A stretch of DNA of 57,224 nucleotides, the filler included, from Sphacelaria rigidula (Eukaryota): the NCBI GenBank assembly GCA_964200075.2. It is 6 parts of 6 records of this genome, joined end to end, with 100 filler letters (N's around TTAATTAATTAA, not from the genome) between each part and the next. Parts side by side here need not be neighbours in the genome. Positions count along the whole stretch, not along the records: positions 1 to 9,455 come from CAXNAA020008459.1; positions 9,556 to 19,010 come from CAXNAA020008460.1; 4 more parts are not named here. One strand, given 5' to 3'. This document shows, piece after piece, positions 1 through 11,829 of this stretch (its first letter is position 1; every line of letters begins with the position of its first letter). Position numbers and translations under genes: made by a program. The notes under the pieces were generated by a model, which was given only the letters and a program-made list of their open reading frames with translations, had not been told where the DNA came from and made no database searches.

Positions 1-376
1 AGGAAAAGACAGGTGACACAAGGAGAGTAGTATGGCCACCATGTTAGAGGTTCGGCTCAGAAACGCATATATGTATATATTGCTTTTGAAAACCCCGTGG
101 TGCGCAGTCTACCAAAATAACTCAACCGAATATGCTTTTGTTTAGAGAGGTTTTTGCTTGATAGTTAATAGAAGCACAGAATATTTTACATGTTACAACA
201 AGCCAGGTAGCTCGATGTACACACCGACGTACTACAGAGCACAAAATCGTGAGCTCGAGTCTACTGCTATAATTTCTTGACCATTTTTTTCTACCAGTGC
301 CATGCCTATGCTGTAGGGAGCATATTGTATGTGCGCTGCAAAGGCTGTACAGCATATTAATTCTACACGGAGTGAC

Positions 377-545
377 GAAACCCTGTGAAGCGCCCTGTGT
401 GGCACAAAATAATACCCTACAGTCAAATCCCCGCGAAAAGTCCTGCACAATTTCCCTGAAACTCTGTGAAGCGTCCTGTGGGGTGCAAAACAAAAAACTA
501 CCGCGAGATCCCCGCGAGAAACACTGCACAGTTTCCTTGAACCCC
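377..545 (+). repeat. Two diverged tandem copies of an 81-bp unit in probable LTR sequence
   Basis: Units begin GAAACCCTGTGAAGCG (377), GAAACTCTGTGAAGCG (458) and GAACCCCG (539). Confidence 0.7.
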
Positions 546-1073
546 GTAGACGTAACCCACAGGGTGCTATTTTTCCACGTGTGTATTGCTCGCCCAATAT
601 ACATTGACCTTCTCTCATGCCATCATATTGCTTGCCCAATATATATTGACCACCCGACGCGTCGATTTATTGAGCGGGCAATATATATTACATATTGTAT
701 TGTCCAGGGTGTCGTATTTTGTACAAATACATACCTGCACCTTGCACTGGTCGTGCGTGCTATTATACCTGCACAGAGTACCCATCCCTGGTCGTTCAGT
801 ATAGAACGGCCACATGGCCAGCCAGCACTGCCTTGCGAACTTGGCTTTGTTACCCCCTCCACACACCGCGTAACAGTTGTGTCACCCCGCGACTCAGACC
901 TTCACCCGGCCTTGAACTTGGTCCTTCAGTGCCGAGTATCAGTCTGAGGTATGGCAGGACCAACCGCCAGTCCCTGAGGCAAAAGCTTCCCTCAGCGACC
1001 GCATGCACAGGTAGTAGCAAGCCTTCTTCAGCCAACCCAAGTGTTGCTGATTTGAACTTGACCACATCGGATC

Positions 1074-1545
1074 TGCGACGATTTATAGGCAACCGATTAG
1101 ACTACCGTACAGTCAGCGCTGACTGTACGGTAGTCTAATCGTTTGCCTACAAATCGTCACAAAAGTTAGTCGCGCGGGTTCGATCCCCGTCACTTTCACT
1201 CCGAGGAGGGCGACTCCCCTTGCCAGCGCTGTTCAACTGCTCGCGCTCACGGTATCGGTCTAATGTTGCCACACGTATCCATTCGGAGTTACTTGTCTCC
1301 TCCACTTATTTCCAGAGTGTGTGCACTGGGGTCCGTAGCAGTCAGCTCGGGGATTGGACTTTCTCCCATCACCCTCATTTTTTCACCGGAGGTAGGGTTT
1401 CCCTCTTTTTTTTCAAAGAAAGTGCGTCCGATGGGAATCGAACCAACGACTAACTTTTGTGACGATCTATAGGCAACCGATTAGACTACCGTACAGTCAG
1501 CGCTGACTGTACGGTAGTCTAATCGGTTGCCTATAGATCGTCATA
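1074..1545. mobile_element. 472-bp non-coding insertion element with 88-bp palindromic ends and tRNA-like A/B boxes; GATC target-site duplication
   Basis: Palindromes at 1074-1161 (3 mismatched pairs) and 1458-1545 (1 mismatch), both centred on AGC|GCT. GATC at 1070-1073 and 1546-1549. The empty site ATCGGATCATGTAAT is present in the paralogous Gypsy copy near 48292-48306 (minus strand). Confidence 0.9.
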
Positions 1546-2418
1546 GATCATGTAATTCCCAATCAGTTGGATCGAGCTCCTTCCCCAAGATTTTCAACAC
1601 GCACGGACCTAACTTCGGCCGGTTCAAATAACAACCGCCCCAACATATCTTCGGCTATATGACCCACCAGTCAAGCTTGCCTACGGAAAGCAGCCCACAA
1701 TTTCGCTCCGTCATGCCCCGATGCTGACCCCATCCACGCAACTGGACGCAGTTGTGATTTCATCCAAAAATGTTTTGAAAGTTCCCCGACCTTTGTCACG
1801 GCGAAAAAGAAAGCCCCGTAGGCATGCCCCCAAGGACGCATGCGCATCATCACGTACACCTATTTTGAGCGGAAATTCTCGACCTCAATCTCTTCAAAAT
1901 GCGACGACTTTGAGTTCGACGGCTTCATCAAGTATCCCGGAAGAAACAAAATCAAGTAATTCTGACGGCACTACTTCTTCAATCGACGGCTCCAGCCCCG
2001 CACAATCTGAATTCCCCTTGGGCGGTGATCCCTGTTATTCGAAGACGATTATGTACGGAATCGCCAATGGCCACTCTGATCGTGCCACACCTTGACATAC
2101 TATACCGTCCACCCCCTTCTCTGGTGAGAGATCTGACCCACCTGCGGATCACCCGCCGTGCGTTTTTGCTGTCAGCCCCGCTGATCCTGACCAATTTACC
2201 TTGCCGGAATATGGTCCGGATCTCGTTGGCGGTAAAGTGTCTGTGGATCCGGCCGCTTTTACTACACGCGTTGCGATCCATTCTGGTCCAAACGCTACCA
2301 CGCCTACGAAATGTGTATCCTCGTTGGACAGCGGAAGCCCGCAAACATTTATTCGAGAATCAACATGGAAACACATGAAACAGACTGGCGCTGCTACTGT
2401 AGCTTGCGAAACCACCAC

Positions 2419-2676
2419 GAGTGATGCTACGGTAGGGTTGCACATTTTGAGCGAAAGTGTTTCTCGGGGTGTTGCACGGACAATTTTGAGGGTCGGCATC
2501 ATTTTCACTTGAAAAAGACTGAAAACGATGCCGATTCACGAAAAGGACCCTGTGTGCATCTCCATCTCCATGTCCTGTCCCCGGAGATTTGGGTTGCACA
2601 GTAAGCCCCATATATTTAGGCTCCTACAAAAGGAGACCCAGAAACAAAAAGTGCAACCCCTATCGTAGCATCACTC
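2419..2676. mobile_element. 258-bp MITE with GAG...CTC termini and 4-bp TSD (Sola-like), inserted in the Gypsy protease
   Basis: TIRs GAGTGATGCTACGGTAGGGTTGCAC and GTGCAACCCCTATCGTAGCATCACTC. CCAC duplicated at 2415-2418 and 2677-2680. Removing it rejoins the two protease halves. Confidence 0.88.
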
Positions 2677-3599
2677 CCACGCAACCTCGAGTATGGGGCG
2701 GTTTCGGTGATTCTGCCGCACCCCTGACGACACGAAAATCCCTATGTCTCAGTGTGCAATTCTTTCACAACACCACTCGCTGTGCCAGCCTGGTAGTCTG
2801 GGCATACATTGTCCCCGACAGCACAATGCACCACGCCATATTATTGGGCAGATATAGCTATATGCAGTTTCATAAACGCACCTACCGCACGCTTTCACCA
2901 TTATCGCCACATTCCACACCTCGTTGAGAATTCAACCTGGAGCACTTTGGTACTCTCCACGGCGCCCTGGCCTACCAGAAAAAAACTCAAGCAACCGGAG
3001 CTGCTTACCACCTACGATACAACAGTAGCGTTTGTATTGCACTCTCCGACGACCCCCAACTTCTAGAAGTTGCACTAGTTCGCCGAAATGGCATGCCAGC
3101 ACTTACGGGCCATTATCTTGCCGAAATGTTACCCTGTATTGGCGCACCAGCCGACACAGAACATTTTGTGTCGGCGGGACAACAGCTCCTCCCTCTTACG
3201 GGTCATGCTAACTTGGAACCCGGCGACGTTTTAGGAATCGCCGCTGCTCCCCTGATGCACATCCCCGAGACGTGCGTAACAGAACCTGCCGCGCCAAACG
3301 CCACATTTGCGGCGGAGTCAGTCCACTGTGTCGATGAACATCATTTCGATCTCGCCTCTGCGACTTCACCCCAGGTCCACACCGTGGATCCTGCTCAGTG
3401 AAATTCCGATCCTCCTGCTGAAGTGCTTCAACGCTCATCACAAAATTATCGGAATAGTTTCTTGCACATGTGGAACCAACTGCCGCCACAAATGCGCGAC
3501 ATCAATTTTGACCTTCATGAGCCCGGCTGGGAACCGGTAGTCATCCGAGAACTCAGTGATGTCCTGCTACAGTACCAAGACCGATTTTTCCGATCCAAG

Positions 3600-4930
3600 A
3601 CGGATCTTGGGCATTGAAAAACGCTACCCTTTGAGGTTACCCTCTAACCCGGCGTCTCGCCGATTTCTTCTCGGCCATACCGAACAAACCCAATCCTTTT
3701 ACCAAGAAAGTAACGCCATCTTGGATGCGTATTTGGGAGCGGGATTAATACAACTTCCTCCTCTCCTTCGGCCTCGCCACTCGTGGTCGTCCCCAAAAAG
3801 GATGGAAACATAGACATAACCATGAATTACCAATGGTTGAACCGTGTCACTGTAGTCGGTAAGCTTCCAATTCCCCGCATTGACCAAGTCTTCGACTCCT
3901 TGAGCGAAGGAAAAATATTCAGCACCTTCGACCTCGCTTCTGGAATTTTTCAGAATGCTATACGCCCTGACACAGTCCCATTGACGCCCTTTTGTACCTC
4001 GTCCGGACTCCATGAGTGGCTTCGAATGCCACAAGGCGCCGCCACTGCCCCGGGATGCTTTCAACGCTTAATGCAATGCGTCACCGAGGGCCTCGAGCAC
4101 ATCATCATGTACCTGGATGACGCTATCGCTTTCGATGCCTCACCTATTGCATATATCCGCATTCAACGATAATTTCTCTCTCGCCTACGCACGAACGATT
4201 TGAAATTGTCTCCATCCAAAGCTCGCCTTGGTGCGACTGACTTGGATTTCTTGGGGCATTCCATTTCGCCAGCAGGCCTGCATCCGGATACAAACAAAGT
4301 CAAGGTGATGACTGATTTGCCGATGCCAACTCACATTTCTCAATTTCGCTCATTGATGGACAGGCTATCCTGCTACCGCAATTTTTTGCCGAATTCATCT
4401 AAACTGATTCGTCCCCATACTGAGTTCCTCAAGAAAGGAGCCGTGTTTTCCTTCACAACCGAAATGGAGAATATCACCCGCGAATCACTCAAGACGATTA
4501 CCGAAAAGCCGGTACTCTATTTTCCTGATTGGGAGGCAGTACAAGATGGCTCCCGCCTTTTCCAACTCCGCACTGACGCGAGCACAAAAGGCTTTGGAGG
4601 AGTTGTGAATCAACCTCAGGTTGATGGCTCCGTCCGACCCATCCTCTATATCAGCCGCGCTACCCTGCCCAACGAGGCCAGTTGGAGCTTGCTGGACCTG
4701 GATTGCGGAGTGATCACTTGGGCCATGAGGCGCCCTCGACAACATCTGTTTCACGTGCCCTTTGAGATCTATGCAGATCACGGAGCACTCGAACAACTCG
4801 CCAAGTTTGGCGAACACAACCCGCGTGTACAACGATGGTTGGAGTTTCTAACAGCATACCAGTATACCACTTAACACCGTCCCGGCAAAACCGACGGGAA
4901 TGCCGATCTTCTTTCTCGCTTACCCCTGCC
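3600..4930 (+). pseudogene. Reverse transcriptase / RNase H pseudogene of the Gypsy element
   Basis: ORF pieces 3783-4172 (YLDD) and 4200-4874 (LDFLGH, TDAS) lie in the same frame, separated by an in-frame TAA. Further frameshifts occur upstream. Confidence 0.9.
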
Positions 4931-5430
4931 ACCTACGGCCGCAGACTCCGGCCCGGCTTGCCGTGTAACGGAACCCGATGAACCTGGAATTCACGCGATT
5001 AGACGTTTTCGACGCCCATTTACGCCCTCGACCTCCAGTGCCCGGAAATCGGTATGCATATGGGAGGACCTCGGCCTCCACCATATAACGGGAGATTCTA
5101 TCAAGTGAGGTTCATCGATGAAATGAGGTTTGAAGACCCTAGCCGTTGAACGACAAAAAGCCCTCAAGAGTACCGCACGACAGCACTGATGTGCAATTTT
5201 GGGAAGGAGTAGGCAGTGCGTCCGTGGTTGCACATGCCGCCCATCCCTGGTTAGCTGCGGGCGACGGCGTCAAACTTCACCATGGTCTGAAGAAAAAGCG
5301 GGAACCATGTCGAAAATTTGTCCATGGGAACGCGATTGGTTGTCCATGATATTATAGCTGTGGTGCCTCGAGCCCGTGTCCAGCAGAAAATCTTCGGCGT
5401 CAAGCTGCTCGTCAGTGACGTGCTGAGGAG

Positions 5431-5682
5431 GACACTTTCTACGATAGCCCCCCCCCCAAAAACCAGCCCAAGAGTGTCACGAAAAAAATGGCCATACAGC
5501 GCCTAATGTTTGGGTTCAGGCTGCATTAAGCGCCTCATATTGGCAACATTGGCGAGGATGAGCCCAAGCGTGTGAGAATTCCCAGCTGCTCGTTGTTCGC
5601 GGTTTTTCCCATTTCGATTTACGTGAAGATTTCGCCTCCCAAAATCATTCACTTTTTGGGGGGGGCTATCGTAGAAAGTGTC
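5431..5682. mobile_element. 252-bp MITE with GACAC...GTGTC termini and 4-bp TSD
   Basis: TIR GACACTTTCTACGATAGCCCCCCC at both ends. GGAG at 5427-5430 and 5683-5686. A second copy of one end lies at 47772-47831. Confidence 0.88.
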
Positions 5683-6079
5683 GGAGAGAAGTAACTTTTC
5701 ACTATCCCGGAGACGAGCACATACAAAATCAGGATATAAAAATGGGATATCATGGAATATTATGACAACACGTTCTAGAGAAGGCAATGATATCTAATAT
5801 CCGCGCGGATTCTACCAGGTTCGAGCAAACATGCCGCTGCGATGGTGAACACTCGACACAACAACAGCCCTACGGCGGGCGGTAGTGTGGGGGAGAAACT
5901 CTTGGCAGGAAATAGATCAACCTAGTCACGATATTTCTGGTCACACTCCAAGAAATCACCCAGGGATCCACCCGAGCAACCCCGAGGCCTCATGTGCTGA
6001 ATCACGACATCATAACGATAGTCGAAGCCCCCGATCTTCCGCGACTGCTGCGATAAGGAAAAGACAGGAACGCTACACA

Positions 6080-7800
6080 TCAACCCCTGGCGCTCTTCTC
6101 CATTGTATCCAATACTGGCTTGGGAATCCTGTCACCAACGTTTAGCTTCTCGCACGAAGCGACAACCAGCTCTGCTTGCGTCCACTCTACGTCCGGCACT
6201 AACTTTCGCCTCTTGCTCTTACTGCCCATTGTACACCCTTCACTGCTTCCCACTGTCTCGTGATCTGCTGTTATTTTGTTTTTGCCATATTCGTCGATGT
6301 TGTAGCCAAAAGCATTGTTTCGAATCGCGGAGGTAGCCGGCGACCACCAGCGCACCTGAACTTCTGCTTCGCCATCGGCCCCCTCGCGCTTGTCCGTGAC
6401 CCTACCCACCAAAAACGGAGCTTTGTCACCGAGGAAGAAAACAAAACGAGGGAACATACCCTGCTGGATGGCCATCTCCGTCGCCCCCGCTACCTAGCAC
6501 TAAGTTATCGACAGCAACTTTGCCCGGATCATCACCGACAGGCTGCTTCCGCCCCCCCACAGCCCCCTCGACTACACCAACATCCCCATCTGCCCCCGCC
6601 CTCTCTTCCCGGGACCCTCCAGATGACTCCACGCCATTACGCTTGAACCAATGACACGGAAGGTTCCACGGTACTGAGCCTTTCGCGGTCAGAAGTCGGT
6701 GGGACGTCGCCATGATGTCGTCCTTGATGGCCTGCTGTTTGTCGAAATCTGCGTGACATGCGTCGCACGGGAGGGTGGAGGCAGTGCATCAGGGGTATTC
6801 AGGGCTCGGGTGCGCTCCTGCGGTGGGGAAAAATATATGAGAAATAAGGGTGAAACCTGCGACACTTGGGGTGCTTGGGGGTGCAACGCACCGAGGGGGG
6901 TAGAGGGCAGCTAGTCGACTGTGGACGGCGTTTTAGTGAGCCAGTATGTTATCTCGCTGTGCGGCATCCACCTCCTTCAGCTCGAATGGAGGTGTACACT
7001 CCAGATCTGGAACACCCATGCGGAAGAGCAGGTGAGGGGTTCATCAATCAGCGGGGGGGGGGGGGGGGGGGTAAGGGGAATTTTGGGCCTTTCCCGTTTT
7101 TTGTATGATATTGTACTTGAAATTGCCGTCCATAGCAGCAGCGGTTGTTCCAACGCACCTGTCCTAGATAAATTACACTCGCTCATACTGCTTTGCTCAG
7201 CTTTTACCCCAGAACTAGTGCACCGCTAGCGTCTTGGGTCGTCTGAAGTACTCATGGGCCAATGTTTTCGTGGGTTCAAACGCTTCCCTGCCTTTCGCAG
7301 CGTGACTCGACGAAGGATGCTCGACGGAAAACGTTTGAAAGGCGCGCCTGTTGCTGGAAAAGAAGTATCGAATACGGGTGGCAAGTCTCGGTGAGGGTGC
7401 TCACAACGCCGCGCGGTTGCGCCACTGCGTGGTGGGAGCGGCTTTCCTCACGGCACAAATAATATTTGCAAGTGCAGCTGCTGAGCGCGCACGCGAGACT
7501 ACGAATGAATGAGTCAGAGACTCGCCAACCGCCGTTTGTACGTACCTTCTTGTTGAGCATGTAGAAATATGTCGCATCCTCGTGGGGCATGTGTTCACCG
7601 TACACGTCGGCATACCAATCCAGGTAAGCAATGAGAGTTCGCTCGCGGTCGGAATCTCTCCTCGCCTGACAGCCGCCGCGATTCCCGAGATGTGCAGTGT
7701 CGAAATAGGCGCATCGACACGCATTCCGGGCGGTGGTTATTGTGTGCCATGCATTGTGGTTTGGCGTGTATGTCTGACATGCTCGAACCGCGATACGGGG
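6080..7800 (-). pseudogene. Possible decayed transposase-like coding remnant
   Basis: Protein-like ORF fragments 6080-6475 (PFLVGRV..VQVRWW) and 7276-7605 (YGEHMPHED...). Family assignment is by impression only. Confidence 0.25.
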
Positions 7801-7887
7801 GAATTCATGGTGAACCAGGGATCAGAATGCCCTTGGACGTGGAGTACTTATGTGGTGGTGCTTCACGGTTACTGTTGGGGTGAGATA

Positions 7888-9010
7888 CAGGCTGGGCCAG
7901 GCTACAAGCGGATTTGTACTTTGCGGGCGAATTCGCATTCTTTTTCTTGGAGTTGGCCAGTGAAATTTTGTACAGGCAATGAACACGGCGTGAAGTACAA
8001 CTGTCTGTGAGGTCCCGAAGGTTTTTTTCTCTTCTTCATGTGTTAAGGGCATTTAACTGAAACCTCAAAACTGATTATTGCCCTCGACTCGTGAAAAAAA
8101 CAGTTCGAGACCTCACAGACAGCTGTACTTCATGCCCTGTTGATTGTCCATACCAAATTTCACCGCCCAACCCCAAGAAACAAATTGGGAATAATTTATC
8201 TTCGGGAAACCGGGCCGGCGGGGATTTGGAACAGCATTTTGCAGGCCGTTTATCGGCCCACGTTTGGTGTTTGTGGGTTGAGACTTTGTGCGGGACCCCG
8301 CTAGGTCACGATGAATCGAAGAAATTTGTGAGATTAGGTTTGATTTTATTCCTTCATTGATCGAGGGCGTTTGAGTATGGTAACGGCCATTTTTTTACGA
8401 GAAAGCCCGAAACTCTCATGAAAACAAAATGAAGGCTTATTTTTTCAATCTGCATCTCTGTCGTTTTGCATACCAAGTTTCAATTCACAATTCCAAAATT
8501 GAGCTGAAGAATTAAGATAAAGCCTAAGACTAGTAATATTTTCTCCTCGAATCTCCCCTAAAAAAACGAAAAAAATGAAAAGAAACGAAAAAAATCGACA
8601 AAGTCGTGGTTTTAATTTCATCATGCACTAGCGGTTCTCCGTACTAAATGTCGTAGCACAACTCCTAAAAACTGAGACGCGATATCCAGGTGTATGTAAT
8701 CTAGTGCCTTTGCTCGTAATATGCTGGTTTTAGTATGAAAACGTATGTGCGCCGTATTCCGACTCCGATAGCGAATTAGGTGAAGGTGAGGGGATCTATC
8801 GTCTTCGCGTGCTCCCGGGACGGTCCACAACAAAAATCGTCATCATCCGCTTGAAAGGTTTTGGTGTGGACGCTATTTTTGCCACGTATAGAAATTAATC
8901 GACATGGAGTTCAGTCAACGATAAGAGATTGGCCCAAATTTTTGAGCAGATGGGCGCCTTCCCCTTGATCAGACGATCAATACGATGTGCGGATCACGGC
9001 CCAACTCATC
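7888..9010 (+). mobile_element. Diverged, 3'-truncated copy of the Tc1/mariner-like non-autonomous element at 38590-39869
   Basis: Starts TA|CAGGCTGGGCCAGG..GCGGATTT. Collinear similarity blocks, e.g. 8215-8320 vs 38915-39025, 8623-8690 vs 39368-39434, and 8920-9008 vs 39715-39810. Confidence 0.75.
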
Positions 9011-9455
9011 GACATGGTTGAAATGACCCTCCCCTCCGCCCCCCCTCCGGCGGTCGCCGGAATGTTTTATTCCACAATGAGAAACACTCAATAAATCACC
9101 ATTTTTGGGCGACTTGGATGAGTTAGCGCCCATGACTGCTGCCCCCGTCTACCACCCCAACATATAGATGCGTTTAGTTTGATCGAGCAAGCATCGCAGA
9201 GCCTTGCGGTATTTGTTTGGTCTTGTTCTTGTTGTGGAATTGTGATGTGCAATGTATTGCCCGAGCTCATGAAAATATAACTTGGCCTTGGCTCCAAAGG
9301 TATGCAAGAAATCAAACCTGAGTTGAGACGAATTTTTATCTTCTATTTTTTATTTTTTACTTTAAAAATTATATATTTTATTGATGTATGGGGTTTAGTA
9401 ACCCCCCCCCCCCCCCCCCAACACAGATCGTGTGGGGAAATACGTTAGAGCCCCC

Positions 9456-9555
9456 NNNNNNNNNNNNNNNNNNNNNNNNNNNNNNNNNNNNNNNNNNNNT
9501 TAATTAATTAANNNNNNNNNNNNNNNNNNNNNNNNNNNNNNNNNNNNNNNNNNNN
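9456..9555. other. Artificial contig spacer (N44-TTAATTAATTAA-N44)
   Basis: Exactly 100 bp, with a palindromic six-frame stop linker in the centre. Confidence 0.98.
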
Positions 9556-10121
9556 CGGCGCGAAGGGCGGAGCGGGGCCCGGAGGGGGGGTTTCCCTCCC
9601 CCCCGCGCGGGGGGGGGGGGGGGGGGGCAGGCGGGAAGCGGGAAGCGGTAAGCTGGTTATTAAGTTTTTGCAGCAAGTGGCGTGTTTCACAGTGTCGTTG
9701 CCAACCAACGCCAACCCTTGGACGGAGCGTAGGCCAAGAGGCGGTGTATCCTCGCGATCTCGGCAGTTGACCTCGCATCCCAACACAGGCGGGACGGCGC
9801 ACGCCGGAGTTTCGCTGGACAGGGCTCCCGAAATATCAGGAAGCGCATCATCGCCGTGATGTGTTCAGCAAGACGCATGGAGACTGAGGCGCATCCTGGG
9901 ATTGTTCGGCCCCGAGCATACTGAGCATCCTGCACACGCCTCGAAGGGGGACTACGGTGCCGGACTGTCGAGATAAGACCTTGCTCAGACAGAGAATCTC
10001 ACATGAATTGTGTGCAGTTGTTTTCTCAAGCCTTTGAACACAAAGCGGCCCTCTGGAACAACACATCCGATAGTCCTCCAACGGTGGTAACACAAGCACG
10101 GTACGAGCTGGACCGCCTCTA

Positions 10122-10222
10122 GTGTGGGCCATGATCCGCACATCGTATCAAGCGTCTGATAGAAGGGGAAGTTGCCCATCTTCTCAAATATCTGGGCCGA
10201 TTTTGTCTCGTTGATGAATCCT
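10122..10222 (-). repeat. Fragment of the same mariner-like repeat family
   Basis: Reverse complement matches 8915-9005 (GGCCCA.AT.TTTGAG.AGATGGGC..CTTCCCC...TACGATGTGCGGATCA.GGCCCA). Confidence 0.65.
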
Positions 10223-11829
10223 TACCACGACCGCCCCTCAGGTGGATTGAGTTGAAATATACCACAATTGGGGCTCAAATCGTTTTTTTTTCTCCTCGCT
10301 ACACAAAGCGCCGTTTTTATCATCATGTGGATGCTGGGCATCAAAATAGAAACGGGATCCTGATAACCCCCGACCAGTTTTCACCGTGCAGTTTACAGCG
10401 TACAGAGTCATTACGTGTGCGCTGTCTCGTGCAATCAAGTACCCCTCCCTCCCCTATCGTAGGATGGCACTTCCGTGGAAAAAATACCCATGACGAGCTC
10501 TCTACTTTTTTTTGTCCACAACCCCTTGCTCGTGACGTTTAGCAAGGTGATTCATGCTGAAACCGTTCATCGTCACATAATTCGCTGGGGGCAAATCTAA
10601 GGTCGTTTCGCGGCATCTCGTGCCCAATAGTTGAAGGTGGCGGAGGTGTCCATCGATCGTCTGCCTGTTGCAGGAATCGCAATTGTGATGGGAACAACGC
10701 AGAATATCCGACTGAATTTGCCACGATTGGACACAACACACGACTTGGTATCAGTCACTGGAGCTGTTCTGTGTGGCAAACGCTCTCTGCTTCGGTTTGT
10801 ACCAAAACTGCTCAACCTATTGATCTCGGTTTCGGCTGCCATAACCTCGGTGTTTACGTATTGGGATCAACGTGAGCTGTCCTGCTCCAGCACTCACATT
10901 ACAAACTTGAAGTCAGTTCTAGTGTGGGTGATCCTCAACTTCACGGCACCCACAAATTTGATATTCCCACAGGCGCGAGGTGTACGGGCGGGCACGGATG
11001 TCGCACTTCCTCGATCGTAGATACGTTGCGCGAAACCGTATAACATCGTGCACGTGCGTCGTACTAATACGCTGTACGTAGCCACCTCATGTCCGTATTA
11101 TCAAGCAATTTGAAGCCTCGTGCTGCCTGCTGGGGGTGTACCTCCTAGCTCCGCACTCATGCCACTAGGTGTGCAAGTACCCCATCCTATATATCAGGAG
11201 GAAAACAAAGGCGGGACGAGCAGCGCATTGGCTGTTCTTTTCATCCCACTCTTCACCTATCCCGTTTCTCGGGACGAGTTCGCCGTCTCGAGGAATCAAT
11301 CCATCTCTCCCCTGGTGCATGCCCAACATTTTGATACCGCCGATGAGATCAGTACCTCCGCATCCTGTCGGCTGCTGTCAGATATTCCCAGATATCCATG
11401 CCCTCACGCGTTCAAAGAGAGAATTCAGATACATGTAAGGAAGAGAATCCACTGGGATTTCAAGCCGAGACCTCTCGCCGTAATCAATTCTGCATGAACC
11501 AGTTGCATCACTAGGACGCATTTGTATGACACATGGCTAGCAATGCACTTTTCTGCACGGTGACCTGCCAAAAGCAAATTTACCATGCTCCGCAAACCAT
11601 TGCTGAAGACGATCCGCCACCACAAATACATCCGAAAGCGTGGCTCAGCGGCCTCCGCGTCCCCACCTACCGATCGAACACAGCTGACCTCTTCGACCTT
11701 GTAACGAAAAACCACATAAACATTGCGGAGATTCGAACAAAAACATGACCTACGCACCACAGATACGGTGAAACAACGCTTTGCCGAACATCAGCGGGAG
11801 AAAAGGCGTGCACGGGTCCGCCATCCGAT

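Larger units (their letters stand above)
855..5000 (+). mobile_element. Decayed Ty3/Gypsy LTR retrotransposon pol region (protease-RT-RNase H), truncated before integrase
   Basis: Aspartic protease LDSGS near 2324 and its C-terminal ILLG-type motif near 2840. RT motifs in 3783-4172 (VVPKKDG, PIPRID, FSTFDLASG, RMPQG, YLDD). RNase H TDAS, DH and RW motifs in 4200-4874. Domain order PR-RT-RH is Gypsy-like. Many stops and frameshifts. 855-2020 is homologous to the reverse complement of 47832-48508. Confidence 0.92.

Noticed and set aside
9500-9511. TTAATTAATTAA palindrome recurring every 9.55 kb
   Set aside because: It is embedded in Ns and identical at all five gaps, so it is an assembly linker.
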